Part shown: piece after piece, positions 51,764 through 62,073 of the stretch | Layout: each line of letters begins with the position of its first letter | How positions within the stretch are numbered: the first letter of the stretch is position 1 | Source: an uncultured Pseudomonadota bacterium | GTDB lineage: Bacteria; Pseudomonadota; Gammaproteobacteria; Ga0077536 | Reading direction: 5' to 3' | DNA: 64,000 nt | NCBI GenBank assembly: GCA_902551695.1 | Contig: CACDEI010000002.1 | Coordinates: 1,486-65,485, forward strand | Notes under the pieces: generated by a model | The model's input: the letters and a program-made list of their open reading frames with translations, nothing else | Told to the model about the DNA's origin: nothing | The model's database searches: none | Position numbers and translations under genes: made by a program

Positions 51764-52684
51764 TCAAACCAGTGTTAACCAGCCGTCAGGAACCTCAACC
51801 TTACCCATAACCGAATCTAAGTAAGCTTTTTGTAGGTCGTTAGTCACTGGGCCTCTTTCACCTACGCCTATCTCTCGGCCATCTAGTTCTCTTATTGGGG
51901 TAACTTCTGCAGCAGTTCCGGTGAAGAACGCCTCATCTGCCACATAAACTTCATCTCTGGTGATTCTCTTTTCAATAACACTATAGCCTTTATCTTTAGC
52001 GATCGAAATGATGGTGGTCCTGGTAATGCCTTCAAGAGCAGAGCTTAATTCAGGGGTATATATATTTCCTTCTTTGATAATAAATATATTTTCGCCCGAA
52101 CCTTCAGCGATCATTCCTTCACTATCGAGAAGTAACGCTTCATCGTACCCGTCTCTGGCAGCTTCTTGCAGCGCGAGCACTGAGTTTATATAAGCGCCGG
52201 TAGCTTTAGCTCTACACATTACACTATTAACCATGTGTCTAGTGAAGGATGAGGTTTTAATGCGGATGCCTTTTTCGAGAGCTTCCGTTCCTAAATAGGC
52301 GCCCCAAAACCAGGAAGCAATCGAGACGTGTACACTCAAATCAGAGGCGTGAAGCCCCATGCCTTCTGAACCATAGTAGGCAATAGGCCGAATATATGCG
52401 GAAGCTAGATTGTTGTCCTTAACGGAGTTTACGCATGCGTCCCTGATTGTTTCGAAAGAAAACGGAATCTTCATACCTAAAATGTGAGCCGACTGGAACA
52501 GCCTTTTGACATGATCATCAAGCCTAAAAATAGCGGTTCCCGAACTGGTTTCATAAGCTCTTATGCCCTCAAAAACCCCAACACCGTAATGAAGTGAATG
52601 TGTGAGCACATGGACGTTAGCATCTCTCCAATCCACGTTTTTCCCATCCATCCAAATTACGCCATCTTTATCTGCGAAGCTCAT
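51764..52684 (-). CDS. ilvE: Branched-chain amino acid aminotransferase
   Basis: Colinear with E. coli IlvE (WMDGKNVDWRDANVHVLTHSLHYG..., EGSGENIF, GITR). ATG at 52684 is preceded by AGGAG and gives 306 aa. The ORF-track start at 52792 adds 36 unlikely residues. Confidence 0.92.
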   Translation of the reverse strand: MSFADKDGVIWMDGKNVDWRDANVHVLTHSLHYGVGVFEGIRAYETSSGTAIFRLDDHVKRLFQSAHILGMKIPFSFETIRDACVNSVKDNNLASAYIRPIAYYGSEGMGLHASDLSVHVSIASWFWGAYLGTEALEKGIRIKTSSFTRHMVNSVMCRAKATGAYINSVLALQEAARDGYDEALLLDSEGMIAEGSGENIFIIKEGNIYTPELSSALEGITRTTIISIAKDKGYSVIEKRITRDEVYVADEAFFTGTAAEVTPIRELDGREIGVGERGPVTNDLQKAYLDSVMGKVEVPDGWLTLV

Positions 52685-52820
52685 GACTAGCCAATCTCCT
52701 CTGCGCTTTGTAATGTTTCTCGGGATTATACTCAAAAAGTGAGTTAAAAACTTACGACTTGTTATGATCAGGTTCCAATCTATTCTGGGCAAATGGTTGA
52801 TTCTGCTTTTCCTCTAGGAA

Positions 52821-53255
52821 TTAATCCTCTACTTTAAATTCCGTATCAATAATTTTGCCGGAGTTTGCCCCAGAACTCCTTTCCTGATGTGTGAAGAGTT
52901 TTTGTGCGACCATTGAGGCCACCCTCCTCCTTAACGACGGGCTCATTAATACTAGACCTAAAACATCTGTTATGAAGCCTGGCGTCAACAACACAACGGC
53001 CGATATAATTAAGATGCCACCAGAGATTAGCTCAATAGTAGGTAACTCACCTCTTTGGACGGAATTTTTAATGCGGCTTAGAGTGGATAAGCCTTCAATG
53101 CGAACGAGCACTGCTCCTAATATCGCAGTAGCGAGTATCATAATTATCGTTTTCATTGCCCCAAAATGTTGACCAATCTCGATGATTAGAAAAATTTCTA
53201 GGAATGGCATCAAAAATATTAATATAAAAGTAATTAGCAGCATGTTGGGCAACAA
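52821..53255 (-). CDS. fxsA: FxsA family membrane protein
   Basis: 144 aa with FLEIFLIIEIGQHFG and the PGFITD motif of the FxsA/UPF0716 family. Confidence 0.8.
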   Translation of the reverse strand: MLPNMLLITFILIFLMPFLEIFLIIEIGQHFGAMKTIIMILATAILGAVLVRIEGLSTLSRIKNSVQRGELPTIELISGGILIISAVVLLTPGFITDVLGLVLMSPSLRRRVASMVAQKLFTHQERSSGANSGKIIDTEFKVED

Positions 53256-53331
53256 AATAATAGCGTCAGATTCTTAATCGTAATAATATCATGAAACAGT
53301 GTCTTTTTTCTTAACTTAAAGCCATGGTCCC

Positions 53332-53652
53332 ATGTCAAAGATTCGCTTAGTTCTTTCATCTTGTCCTGATCTTGATAGCGCAGAGAGATTGGCAAAACTT
53401 GCGCTTGAAGAGCATCTCGTAGCTTGTGTAAATATGATTCCCATTGCTAGCTCAATGTATTTATGGAAGGGGGAATTTATGAAGGAACGAGAGTATTTAT
53501 TGTTGGCTAAAAGTACAGAGGAAAGATTGGCGGACTTGGAATCCCTTTGGAAAGCCAATCATCCTTATGAGGTTCCAGAATTTCTAGTGATGGACGCTGC
53601 CACATCAAGCAAAGAGTATGGAGAATGGGTCGAAAAATGTTGTTTAGGTTAG
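53332..53652 (+). CDS. cutA: Divalent-cation tolerance protein CutA
   Basis: 106 aa with LVACVNMIP...YLWKGE...HPYEVPE. It is followed by dsbD, as in E. coli. Confidence 0.88.
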   Translation: MSKIRLVLSSCPDLDSAERLAKLALEEHLVACVNMIPIASSMYLWKGEFMKEREYLLLAKSTEERLADLESLWKANHPYEVPEFLVMDAATSSKEYGEWVEKCCLG

Positions 53653-55403
53653 TAGCTATATTTTCTCTCTTGACCTCCAGTTTGCTTATAGCGGTAGAGG
53701 ATTATTCGCTTTGGGACGTATTTACCTCCGAACAAAGGAATGAGAAATTTCTTCCGCCTGACCAGGCATTTCAATTAGATGCAATAATTCAAGAAAAAAC
53801 TGTGTTGATTAGATGGCAAATAGCAGAAGGCTACTACTTATATAAGGAAAAAACTGCAGTCAGAAATATAAGCATTAAGGACCAAAATCAGCGCCTGGAT
53901 TTTCCCCCTAGTATTACCCACGATGATCCGGAGTTTGGGAAAGTCGAAATTTATCGAAATTCGTTAGTACTTAAAAGCCCCTTAAGCAATTTTTCCAATT
54001 TGCCAGCGGTGCTGACTCTGGAGACTGATTTCCAAGGCTGCGCGGATGCTGGGCTCTGCTATCCACCGATTACGAAGCTATTGCAGGTTAAGACAAATTT
54101 AGGACAAGCTACCAAGCCTTCGAAACACGCTTTTGGTCTAAATTCTTTAAGCCTACACTCTCTGGTTCTTAGTTTTTTAGGGTTTGGTTTGCTACTTTCA
54201 TTGACTCCCTGCGTGTTTCCGATGGTTCCTATCCTCTCGGGCATATTAGTGGGTAGTCGAACTGGGGCTAATTCATCCAAGGCATTGTATATATCGAGTG
54301 TGTATGTTGTTTTTATGGCGATTACCTATTCTCTCCTAGGAATTTTAGTAGCAATTCTCGGAAGAAGCCTGCAGGTTCTCTTGCATCACCCTTTTGCAAT
54401 ATTTTTTGTTGCCGGCATATTTTTCGCCATGGGGTTTTCTATGCTAGGTTTATTTAGCATCGCCACTCCAAGGTTTTTAAACGATTACGTTAGTAAAATC
54501 GCTAACACTAAATCGTTAAATTCTATTGGAGGAGTGGCCTCTTTAGGTAGCTTGTCTGCTCTCATTGCGACTCCGTGTATAACGCCACCTCTCGCTGCTG
54601 TGCTAACATTCGTGGCAGATTCGGGCTCGCCCACTAAAGGGGCACTTGCTCTGTTTTTTCTAGGGATAGGAATGGGTATCCCTCTCATTTTCTTTGGCAC
54701 CTCCCTAGGCTATTTAATGCCAAGCTCTGGACAGTGGATGGAGCATTTGAAAAAAATAACCGGGGTAATTCTCCTTGGTTCGGGGGTTTGGTTCGCTAGT
54801 CGTTTATTGTCCGATCCGATGATTGTTCTGTCTTGGACGGCATTAATTATTTTAACGTTGGCGTATCTAGTCCGGCCATTGGTCAACATGAAAATGTTTA
54901 AAAGCATTTTGAAAGGAAAGAGATTTCCGAGAGTTATTACTCTCTCAATGTTAGCTTGTGGGGCAACGTTCCTCATAGTCTTTTCTGCCTATGAAGGTCG
55001 ACTCGTTTTCCAATCGTCGGAGATACAGCTTCCGTTAGAGTACAAGACTGTAGAAAATCTCGCCGATTTAAATTCAGAACTGTCTGAGTCGGCAAACCAA
55101 AGGAGGCCGTTATTATTGGAGTTTTACGCGGACTGGTGTGTGGAGTGTAAGAGAATGGAGTCTGGAACCTTCTTGGATGCTGAAGTAAATGAATTGCTAT
55201 CAAACTACAGCGTTGTTAGGGTAGATATAACCGACAATACAAAAGCCCATCAGGAGATATTGGACCAGTTTAGTCTTTTCGGACCGCCGGCTTTAATTTT
55301 CTTTTCGAAATCTCAACCTGTGGAGATAGATAGGCGAATTGGTTTTGTTGATTCGAAACAATTAATTGAAACTTTGAGATTTGTGTTAGCGGAGGAATCT
55401 TAG
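53625..55403 (+). CDS. dsbD: Thiol:disulfide interchange protein DsbD
   Basis: 592 aa with an N-terminal periplasmic domain (FQGCADAGLCYPP), a central TM domain with Cys residues (LTPCVFPMVP, ATPCITPPL) and a C-terminal thioredoxin domain (WCVECK). ATG at 53637 is an alternative start. Confidence 0.92.
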   Translation: MGRKMLFRLVAIFSLLTSSLLIAVEDYSLWDVFTSEQRNEKFLPPDQAFQLDAIIQEKTVLIRWQIAEGYYLYKEKTAVRNISIKDQNQRLDFPPSITHDDPEFGKVEIYRNSLVLKSPLSNFSNLPAVLTLETDFQGCADAGLCYPPITKLLQVKTNLGQATKPSKHAFGLNSLSLHSLVLSFLGFGLLLSLTPCVFPMVPILSGILVGSRTGANSSKALYISSVYVVFMAITYSLLGILVAILGRSLQVLLHHPFAIFFVAGIFFAMGFSMLGLFSIATPRFLNDYVSKIANTKSLNSIGGVASLGSLSALIATPCITPPLAAVLTFVADSGSPTKGALALFFLGIGMGIPLIFFGTSLGYLMPSSGQWMEHLKKITGVILLGSGVWFASRLLSDPMIVLSWTALIILTLAYLVRPLVNMKMFKSILKGKRFPRVITLSMLACGATFLIVFSAYEGRLVFQSSEIQLPLEYKTVENLADLNSELSESANQRRPLLLEFYADWCVECKRMESGTFLDAEVNELLSNYSVVRVDITDNTKAHQEILDQFSLFGPPALIFFSKSQPVEIDRRIGFVDSKQLIETLRFVLAEES

Positions 55404-55957
55404 TGCGCTTTGTAGGAAGTTTTTTTCTTTTGTCAGTGGCTTTTATTTCGGGTTACTGGCTCAACACTAATTTTAGATTTCCAGACTCATCAATAACGCA
55501 AGATCTAAGTCCTAAAACAAAGGTTAATCGAGATAAGCCTTACTTAGAAAAAAAGTTTTCAGATTTAAACGGTGATCTAGTTTCATTAAAAAAATGGGAG
55601 GCAAAACTTACAGTCATAAACTTTTGGGGCACTTGGTGCCCACCATGTAAAGAAGAGATGCCTTTATTAAGCCGTCTAAGCGAGAAATTCAAATATAAAA
55701 ATGTACAATTTATTGGAGTGGCCCTCGATGACCTGAAGGCTATAAGAAGCTTTTTAGAGAGTCATCCCGTTGCTTTCCCAATTTTATGGGGTGCCACCGA
55801 TGTGAGTTTGTTTATGTCAGAGCTTGGTAATAATTTTGGAAGCCTACCCTTCACGGTAGTTATTGATTCACAGAACGTTATTTTATTTACCCAGTTAGGA
55901 GAGGTAAAAGAAGAAGCTTTTTCTAAAGAACTAGAAAAACTTGTTAAAAGCATGTAA
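55403..55957 (+). CDS. TlpA/ResA/DsbE-family periplasmic thiol-disulfide oxidoreductase
   Basis: 184 aa with an N-terminal membrane anchor and the thioredoxin motif FWGTWCPPCKEEMP. It is translationally coupled to dsbD (GTG start overlapping the stop). Confidence 0.8.
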   Translation: MRFVGSFFLLSVAFISGYWLNTNFRFPDSSITQDLSPKTKVNRDKPYLEKKFSDLNGDLVSLKKWEAKLTVINFWGTWCPPCKEEMPLLSRLSEKFKYKNVQFIGVALDDLKAIRSFLESHPVAFPILWGATDVSLFMSELGNNFGSLPFTVVIDSQNVILFTQLGEVKEEAFSKELEKLVKSM

Positions 55958-56020
55958 AAACTCCAAAAATCTGTAAAAATCGTCTATAATAGAAAAATTA
56001 AAGCCATCTATGGTTAAATA

Positions 56021-56500
56021 TTGGCAAATGATTTGCTACTGAGGATCCTTGTTTTGTCTACGGTTTTACTTCTTAACGGCCCTAATTTGAATCTTTTAGG
56101 AAAAAGAGAGCCTCACCTGTATGGTGAGACGAATCTCAAAGAAATAGAGTTAAATTTCAAAAAGTTAGCCGTTGCCTCTGGTTTGGTGGCAGACTGCATT
56201 CAAAGTAACTCGGAATCAATATTAATCGAATCAGTTCATACTGCCTCATCAAAAGGTACTGAAGCTATAGTAATTAATCCGGGCGCTTACGGTCACACAA
56301 GCGTAGCTCTTAGAGATGCTTTTTTGGGGACCGGCCTTCCTTTTGTGGAGGTGCATCTTTCCAATGTGTTTGCTAGGGAAGAATTCAGAAGCCGGTCGCT
56401 ACTATCTGATATAGCAATCGGTCTGATTTCTGGATTTGGTGAAAAATCATACGATTTAGGCTTACAAGCAATTCTCGCCTATTTGCAAAAAAACAAGTAA
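56021..56500 (+). CDS. aroQ: 3-dehydroquinate dehydratase, type II
   Basis: It contains LNGPNLNLLGKREPHLYG, INPGAYGHTS and EVHLSNV motifs. The start is ambiguous: TTG at 56021, or TTG at 56054 giving MSTVLLLNGPN. Confidence 0.9.
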   Translation: MANDLLLRILVLSTVLLLNGPNLNLLGKREPHLYGETNLKEIELNFKKLAVASGLVADCIQSNSESILIESVHTASSKGTEAIVINPGAYGHTSVALRDAFLGTGLPFVEVHLSNVFAREEFRSRSLLSDIAIGLISGFGEKSYDLGLQAILAYLQKNK

Positions 56501-56530
56501 AAATAAAAGAGCTATTTCGGAGAAGAAAAA

Positions 56531-56971
56531 TTGGATATCCGTAAAGTAAAAAAATTGATAGAGCTTCTTGAAGAGTCTAATGTTGCGGAGATAGAAATCA
56601 AGGAGGGTGAGGAATCGGTTAGAGTTACCAAGTCTGCAGGTTCTGCTCTCAGCCCATCTTTGATCGAGCAAACTACAACCCCGAAGCCACAGCAGGAATT
56701 AAATGTTGTACAACCGCAAACCAAATCGGATTCAGATGGAGCCGCTATAAAGGCTCCCATGGTAGGTACATTTTACTCCGCTCCCTCTCCGGATGCGCTT
56801 CCCTTTGTTCAGGTCGGCAAAAATGTAAAAGTCGGCGATACTTTATGTATTATTGAAGCGATGAAAATCATGAACCCCATAGAAGCTGAAACCTCTGGTG
56901 TAATATCTGCAATACTGGTAGATAATGGCCAGCCAGTAGAATTTGATCAGCCTCTATTTATGATTTCTTAA
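56531..56971 (+). CDS. accB: Acetyl-CoA carboxylase biotin carboxyl carrier protein
   Basis: 146 aa with the biotinylation motif EAMKIMN and a Pro/Ala-rich linker. The start is TTG. Confidence 0.93.
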   Translation: MDIRKVKKLIELLEESNVAEIEIKEGEESVRVTKSAGSALSPSLIEQTTTPKPQQELNVVQPQTKSDSDGAAIKAPMVGTFYSAPSPDALPFVQVGKNVKVGDTLCIIEAMKIMNPIEAETSGVISAILVDNGQPVEFDQPLFMIS

Positions 56972-56981
56972 TTGAACATTT

Positions 56982-58319
56982 ATGTTTGATAAAGTTCTTA
57001 TCGCAAATAGAGGAGAAATAGCGCTCCGCATTCTAAGGGCATGCAGAGACCTCGGCATTAAGACAGTCGCCGTTCATTCTCAGGCGGATAGAGACCTCCT
57101 GCACGTAAGGCTAGCAGATGAATCAATCTGTATCGGTCCCGCGAAGCCATTAGACAGCTATCTTAACATTCCAGCCATTATCTCGGCTGCTGAAGTGGTC
57201 GATGCCGTAGCTATTCATCCAGGCTATGGATTCCTCTCTGAAAAAGCAGACTTTGCGGAACGGGTCGAAAAAAGTGGCTTCATTTTCATAGGCCCTAATT
57301 CAGATACAATAAAAGTGATGGGAGATAAATTGTCTGCTATCAATGCCATGAAAAAGGTAGGAGTGCCGTGTTTGCCTGGATCAAACGGGCCGTTAAGTGG
57401 TGACCTAACTCTCGCAAAGAAGATTGCTAAACAGGTAGGTTATCCGATTATTTTAAAAGCAGCGGGAGGTGGCGGAGGGAGAGGCATGCGTGTTGTAAAT
57501 ACTGAAGCGTCGCTAAAACCTTCTATCTCGCTTACTCAACAGGAAGCGGCTGCCGCTTTTCAAGATGATCGTATCTATATTGAAAAATATCTTGAGAATC
57601 CTAGACACGTAGAATTTCAAGTATTGATGGACAACTTTGGCAATGGCGTTCATCTTGGTGAAAGGGACTGTTCTTTGCAAAGAAGGCACCAAAAAGTACT
57701 AGAAGAATCCCCAGCTTTTGGGATCGAGCCATGTGTTCGCGAGGAATTGGGGGCATTATGCATAGAGGCTTGTAGAGAAATTGGCTATCGAGGAGTTGGC
57801 ACTTTCGAGTTCCTCTATGAGAAAGGAGAGTTTTTTTTCATCGAAATGAATACACGTATTCAGGTAGAACATCCAGTAACTGAGATGGTAACGGGTATAG
57901 ATTTAGTAAAAGAGCAATTAAAGGTTGCTGCCGGAGAAGAATTAAAAATCAGCCAGAAAGATGTAACTTATAATGGTCACGCTATTGAGTGTAGGATAAA
58001 TGCTGAGGACGCGAAAACATTTCGTCCCTCTCCTGGAAAAGTAACCTATTTCCATCCCCCCGCAGGGCCTGGTGTAAGAGTTGACTCTCATTTGTACACC
58101 GGCTATTCAGTTCCTCCAAATTATGACTCTCTAGTCGCTAAGCTTATTTGTCATGGCAAAACTCGAGAGGAGGCTATAGTTAGGGCTAGAAATGCTTTAG
58201 GTGAATTCGTGATAGAGGGCATCTGCACTAATATTTCTTTACATTTGGATTTAGTATCGGATGCAACCTTTATGTCCGGTAATCACACCATTAACTATCT
58301 TGAAAGTAAATTGCGCTAA
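56982..58319 (+). CDS. accC: Acetyl-CoA carboxylase biotin carboxylase subunit
   Basis: 445 aa ATP-grasp enzyme with [19 protein letters not shown] and [14 protein letters not shown]. Confidence 0.96.
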   Translation: MFDKVLIANRGEIALRILRACRDLGIKTVAVHSQADRDLLHVRLADESICIGPAKPLDSYLNIPAIISAAEVVDAVAIHPGYGFLSEKADFAERVEKSGFIFIGPNSDTIKVMGDKLSAINAMKKVGVPCLPGSNGPLSGDLTLAKKIAKQVGYPIILKAAGGGGGRGMRVVNTEASLKPSISLTQQEAAAAFQDDRIYIEKYLENPRHVEFQVLMDNFGNGVHLGERDCSLQRRHQKVLEESPAFGIEPCVREELGALCIEACREIGYRGVGTFEFLYEKGEFFFIEMNTRIQVEHPVTEMVTGIDLVKEQLKVAAGEELKISQKDVTYNGHAIECRINAEDAKTFRPSPGKVTYFHPPAGPGVRVDSHLYTGYSVPPNYDSLVAKLICHGKTREEAIVRARNALGEFVIEGICTNISLHLDLVSDATFMSGNHTINYLESKLR

Positions 58320-58330
58320 ACTTCCTAACC

Positions 58331-59206
58331 GTGTGGGAATTAAGATTCGAAATCACAAGCGAAAAATGGACAATACTTGAAGTAGTATTATCTAAATTAG
58401 AACCTGCGGCCATTACCACGGCTTACGGTGATACGGACTTGTTTCATTCTTACTCTAATGTTGCCAAAATTTCACGTTGGGAGAAATTAGAAGTAATAGT
58501 TCTCTTTAAAGATGTGAAACAAGTTGATTTAGCCTGCTCATTTCTGGTCAAGGTGGAGGGGGTTTCCGAAAGCCTTAGAAAAAGAAAGATTCGAGAGGAC
58601 GTCGATTGGAACTTGGAATGGAGAAAAAACTGGACTCCCATAACACTACGTTCTGGGCTTCATATTTCTCCGAGCTGGTTACCGATACCAGCCCAAGCAG
58701 CCAATACAGTTAGATTAGATCCCGGTCAGGCGTTTGGCACAGGAACGCATGAAACTACAAGATTGTGTTTGAATTATTTAGATAGCTTCGAATTTTCTGA
58801 AAGGTTAAAAATGATAGATTACGGGTGTGGTTCAGGTATTTTATCTCTTGTAGCAGCTGCTCTGGGGTGTAAACAGATAACTGCAACCGATAATGATCCC
58901 CAAGCTTTAGAAATAACCAAGAAAAATACGATTATAAATTCCCAGCAACAAGTAATCACGGTGGATGTCCCAGAGAATATCACAATGGAAAAGTGTGACC
59001 TCCTGGTAGCGAATATACTTCTGGATACGTTGTTGAGTTTGAAAGATGTCTTCTCAAAATTGGTTCGGGCACATGGCTTTCTAGTGCTTTCTGGAGTCAT
59101 GACACCTCAGGCAGAAATTTTAGTATCTACTTACGGCTCAGAATTCGTAAAACAAAAGGTAAAGATTCTTAATGATTGGTGTATCTTAGTTTTTACCAAA
59201 AGATAG
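58331..59206 (+). CDS. prmA: Ribosomal protein L11 methyltransferase
   Basis: 291 aa with DPGQAFGTGTHETT and DYGCGSGIL motifs. The start is GTG. Confidence 0.9.
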   Translation: MWELRFEITSEKWTILEVVLSKLEPAAITTAYGDTDLFHSYSNVAKISRWEKLEVIVLFKDVKQVDLACSFLVKVEGVSESLRKRKIREDVDWNLEWRKNWTPITLRSGLHISPSWLPIPAQAANTVRLDPGQAFGTGTHETTRLCLNYLDSFEFSERLKMIDYGCGSGILSLVAAALGCKQITATDNDPQALEITKKNTIINSQQQVITVDVPENITMEKCDLLVANILLDTLLSLKDVFSKLVRAHGFLVLSGVMTPQAEILVSTYGSEFVKQKVKILNDWCILVFTKR

Positions 59207-59256
59207 GTTATTTTTACGTTGGGAGATAAACTTAAAAGGCTGGTGGGTGTTCTAAA

Positions 59257-60228
59257 ATGAAGATTGGCTCTTACGAGTTTTCGAGGCCACTAGTTTTGGC
59301 CCCAATGGCTGGCGTTACCGATATGCCATTTCGATCCTTGTGTAATAGTATGGGTGCGGACTACGTTGTTTCTGAGATGATCGCTGCGAAAACTGAACTT
59401 TGGAAAAGTAAAAAAACTCAAACGCGGTTATCGCTAGGAGGTTTTAGACCTAGGATAGTGCAGCTTGTGGGTGGGGACGAAGTGTTGATGGCCGAAGGTG
59501 CAGCAAGAGCCTGTGATAGTGGTGCGGATATCATTGATATCAATATGGGATGTCCGGCCAAGAAGGTTTGTAGGAAGGCGGCTGGCTCTGCGTTACTAAG
59601 CGACCCAACACTGGTTATAAAAATATTAAGAGCAGTAGTTAAGGCCTCCGAGAGCCCAGTCACTCTTAAAATGAGAACTGGTCCAAGCCAGATGAATAAA
59701 AATGGGGTCACTATAGCTAAGATTGCCGAATCCGAAGGAATTTCTGCTATTGCAATACATGGAAGAACTAGAAATTGTAGATATCACGTTCCAGCAGAAT
59801 ATGAAACAATAGCTGCAATCAAAGACTCGATAGGTATTCCTGTGTTGGTTAATGGGGATATAAGATGCGGGAGTTCTGCATTTAAAGCTTTGTCGAAAAC
59901 GAATGCTGACGGTTTAATGATAGGCAGAGCCGCACAGGGAAACCCCTGGATTTTCTCTTCGATTCGAGCAGCCTTAGATGGAGAGAGATGGAATGAACCT
60001 TCTCCAATTGAGAGATTAGAAGTTTTACACTCACTTTTGGAATCTTTATACCAACTATATGGTAAAGAGCAAGGTTCGCGTGTTGCGAGGAAGCATATCA
60101 TTTGGTTCCTCAGCTATTTGCCAATAAAAAGCGAGATTAATAAAGCAACCATGAACAAAATAAAGACTTCCCATGACCAGCTTAATTTTGTGCAATTTCG
60201 AAAGCGAGAGTTTGAAAATAAAGGATGA
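59257..60228 (+). CDS. dusB: tRNA-dihydrouridine synthase B
   Basis: 323 aa with LAPMAGVTD, DINMGCPA and the IHGRTR motif. It is followed by fis with a 4-nt overlap. Confidence 0.93.
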   Translation: MKIGSYEFSRPLVLAPMAGVTDMPFRSLCNSMGADYVVSEMIAAKTELWKSKKTQTRLSLGGFRPRIVQLVGGDEVLMAEGAARACDSGADIIDINMGCPAKKVCRKAAGSALLSDPTLVIKILRAVVKASESPVTLKMRTGPSQMNKNGVTIAKIAESEGISAIAIHGRTRNCRYHVPAEYETIAAIKDSIGIPVLVNGDIRCGSSAFKALSKTNADGLMIGRAAQGNPWIFSSIRAALDGERWNEPSPIERLEVLHSLLESLYQLYGKEQGSRVARKHIIWFLSYLPIKSEINKATMNKIKTSHDQLNFVQFRKREFENKG

Positions 60229-60470
60229 CTGAAAAAGATCTGCCTATCAGCTTCTTCGTTAAGCGTTCCCTAGAGAAATACTTCAAGGACTTGAATGGAG
60301 AGCATCCGAAGAATTTATATGCCCTAAGTCTAAGTCAATTAGAGAAGCCATTACTTGAGGTGGTAATAAAAGAAACCAAAGGGAATTTATCGAAAGCGGC
60401 TATTATTCTGGGTCTCAATCGAGTCACGCTACGAAAGAAATTGAAAAAATATAATATATTAGAGAGATAG
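60225..60470 (+). CDS. fis: DNA-binding protein Fis
   Basis: 81 aa with a C-terminal HTH (GNLSKAAIILGLNRVTLRKKLKKY), in the dusB-fis operon. Confidence 0.9.
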   Translation: MTEKDLPISFFVKRSLEKYFKDLNGEHPKNLYALSLSQLEKPLLEVVIKETKGNLSKAAIILGLNRVTLRKKLKKYNILER

Positions 60471-60472
60471 TC

Positions 60473-62047
60473 ATGGACAGGAAATTAGAGAGATGGGCAT
60501 TAATTAGTGTCTCCGATAAAAGTGGTCTGCGAGAACTAGCTGAAGAATTAGTGGATCTTGAAATAGGCATACTCACAACCGGGGGAAGCTCCAAGATCCT
60601 GAAAGAGTCTAATATTCCGTTTACAGAAGTGTCTAAATATACAGGGCATCCAGAAATCATGGGTGGGAGGGTGAAGACTCTACACCCTAAAATACATGGA
60701 GGAATCTTGGGCAGGGATGGCATTGATTACGATCTTATGGAAGAACTTGGCATTTACTCCATAGACTTTGTTGTAGTTAATTTATATCCTTTTGAAGAAA
60801 CTGCCTCAAAGGAAGGTGTATCCTTTGACGAAGTTATTGAAAACATTGATATAGGAGGGCCCGCTCTACTTAGGGCAGCGGCTAAAAATCATAGTCGCGT
60901 TACATCTGTTTGTTCCCCAGATGATTACCAGGACATTGTTTCCCAGCTTAAAACTAGTGGTAATATTCCTCTGGATAAACGGCGAGTATTAGCCGCTAAA
61001 TCGTTCAGGCACGTATCGCTTTATGACGAAAAAATAGCTGGTTACTTGGGTTCTTTTGATCGCTCAGACGATCTCCAGTTCCCAAGCGAGAAAAAAATTA
61101 ATCTAAAGAGAAAAAAGATACTTCGCTACGGAGAAAACCCCCACCAAGGAGCTGCTCTCTACGAGATTGATCTCACAGACGCCAAAGGCGTGGCTAACAG
61201 TAGACAGCTGGCGGGGAAGCAACTCTCTTACAATAATTTAGTCGATGCTGATACTGCAATCGAGTGTGTTCGTAGTTTCAATGGCGCCAGTTGCGTCATA
61301 GTAAAGCATGCAAACCCTTGCGGAGTTTCCGAGAGCGAAACATTAAAAGGAGCTTACGAGAAAGCCTTTAGCGCAGATCCAACCTCTGCCTTTGGTGGCG
61401 TTATAGGATTTAATAGGCCGGTAACGAAGACGTTGGCGCAATTGATTCTATCAAATCAATTTTTGGAAGTCATAGTTGCACCAGATTATGATGAGGAATC
61501 GCTTGAAATATTCGCTAAAAAAGAAAACGTGAGAGTGTTGAAAGTTTCAGGGAATCACGGAAGGGTCCATAGCGATTGGGAGTTGAAGACAATTGGTGGA
61601 GGTCTATTGGTGCAAGAGAAAGATCGGCCGGAGAAGGAAGGGGTAATGCAATCTGCATCGGAAATTGTTACTACTCGATCCCCCACAGAAGAGGAGCGAA
61701 CGGACCTTTTTTTTGCTTATAGGGTAGCGAGTTTTGTTAAATCAAATGCTATTGTGTTTGTAAAAGACAGGTTGTCAATTGGAATTGGCGCGGGACAAAT
61801 GAGTCGCATCTACAGTGCCAAATTGGCTGGTATTAAAGCCCTAGATGCTGGATTCAAGGTTGGTGGGGCGGTAATGGCATCTGATGCTTTTTTCCCATTC
61901 AGGGATGGTATAGATGAGGCGGCAGCCCAGGGTATCCGAGCAGTAATACAGCCTGGGGGTTCGGTCCGTGATAAGGAAGTCATAGAAGCAGCAAATGAGC
62001 ACTCAATAGCTATGATCTTTACAGGCAGAAGGCACTTTAGGCACTAG
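60473..62047 (+). CDS. purH: Bifunctional AICAR formyltransferase / IMP cyclohydrolase
   Basis: 524 aa with ALISVSDK, GGRVKTLHP, an MGS-like N-terminal domain and a C-terminal AICARFT domain ending in RHFRH. Confidence 0.96.
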   Translation: MDRKLERWALISVSDKSGLRELAEELVDLEIGILTTGGSSKILKESNIPFTEVSKYTGHPEIMGGRVKTLHPKIHGGILGRDGIDYDLMEELGIYSIDFVVVNLYPFEETASKEGVSFDEVIENIDIGGPALLRAAAKNHSRVTSVCSPDDYQDIVSQLKTSGNIPLDKRRVLAAKSFRHVSLYDEKIAGYLGSFDRSDDLQFPSEKKINLKRKKILRYGENPHQGAALYEIDLTDAKGVANSRQLAGKQLSYNNLVDADTAIECVRSFNGASCVIVKHANPCGVSESETLKGAYEKAFSADPTSAFGGVIGFNRPVTKTLAQLILSNQFLEVIVAPDYDEESLEIFAKKENVRVLKVSGNHGRVHSDWELKTIGGGLLVQEKDRPEKEGVMQSASEIVTTRSPTEEERTDLFFAYRVASFVKSNAIVFVKDRLSIGIGAGQMSRIYSAKLAGIKALDAGFKVGGAVMASDAFFPFRDGIDEAAAQGIRAVIQPGGSVRDKEVIEAANEHSIAMIFTGRRHFRH

Positions 62048-62073
62048 AAAGAAAATAAAAACAGGATTCGATC

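Noticed and set aside
52685-52792. N-terminal extensions in the ORF track: ilvE from 52792, mutM from 13780, yggS from 2197 and rpoH from 23155.
   Set aside because: The canonical family N-termini (MSFADKDGVIWMDG, MPELPEVE, and so on) begin at internal ATGs, with an AGGAG-type RBS in the ilvE case. The extensions have no homologous counterpart as far as I can recall.
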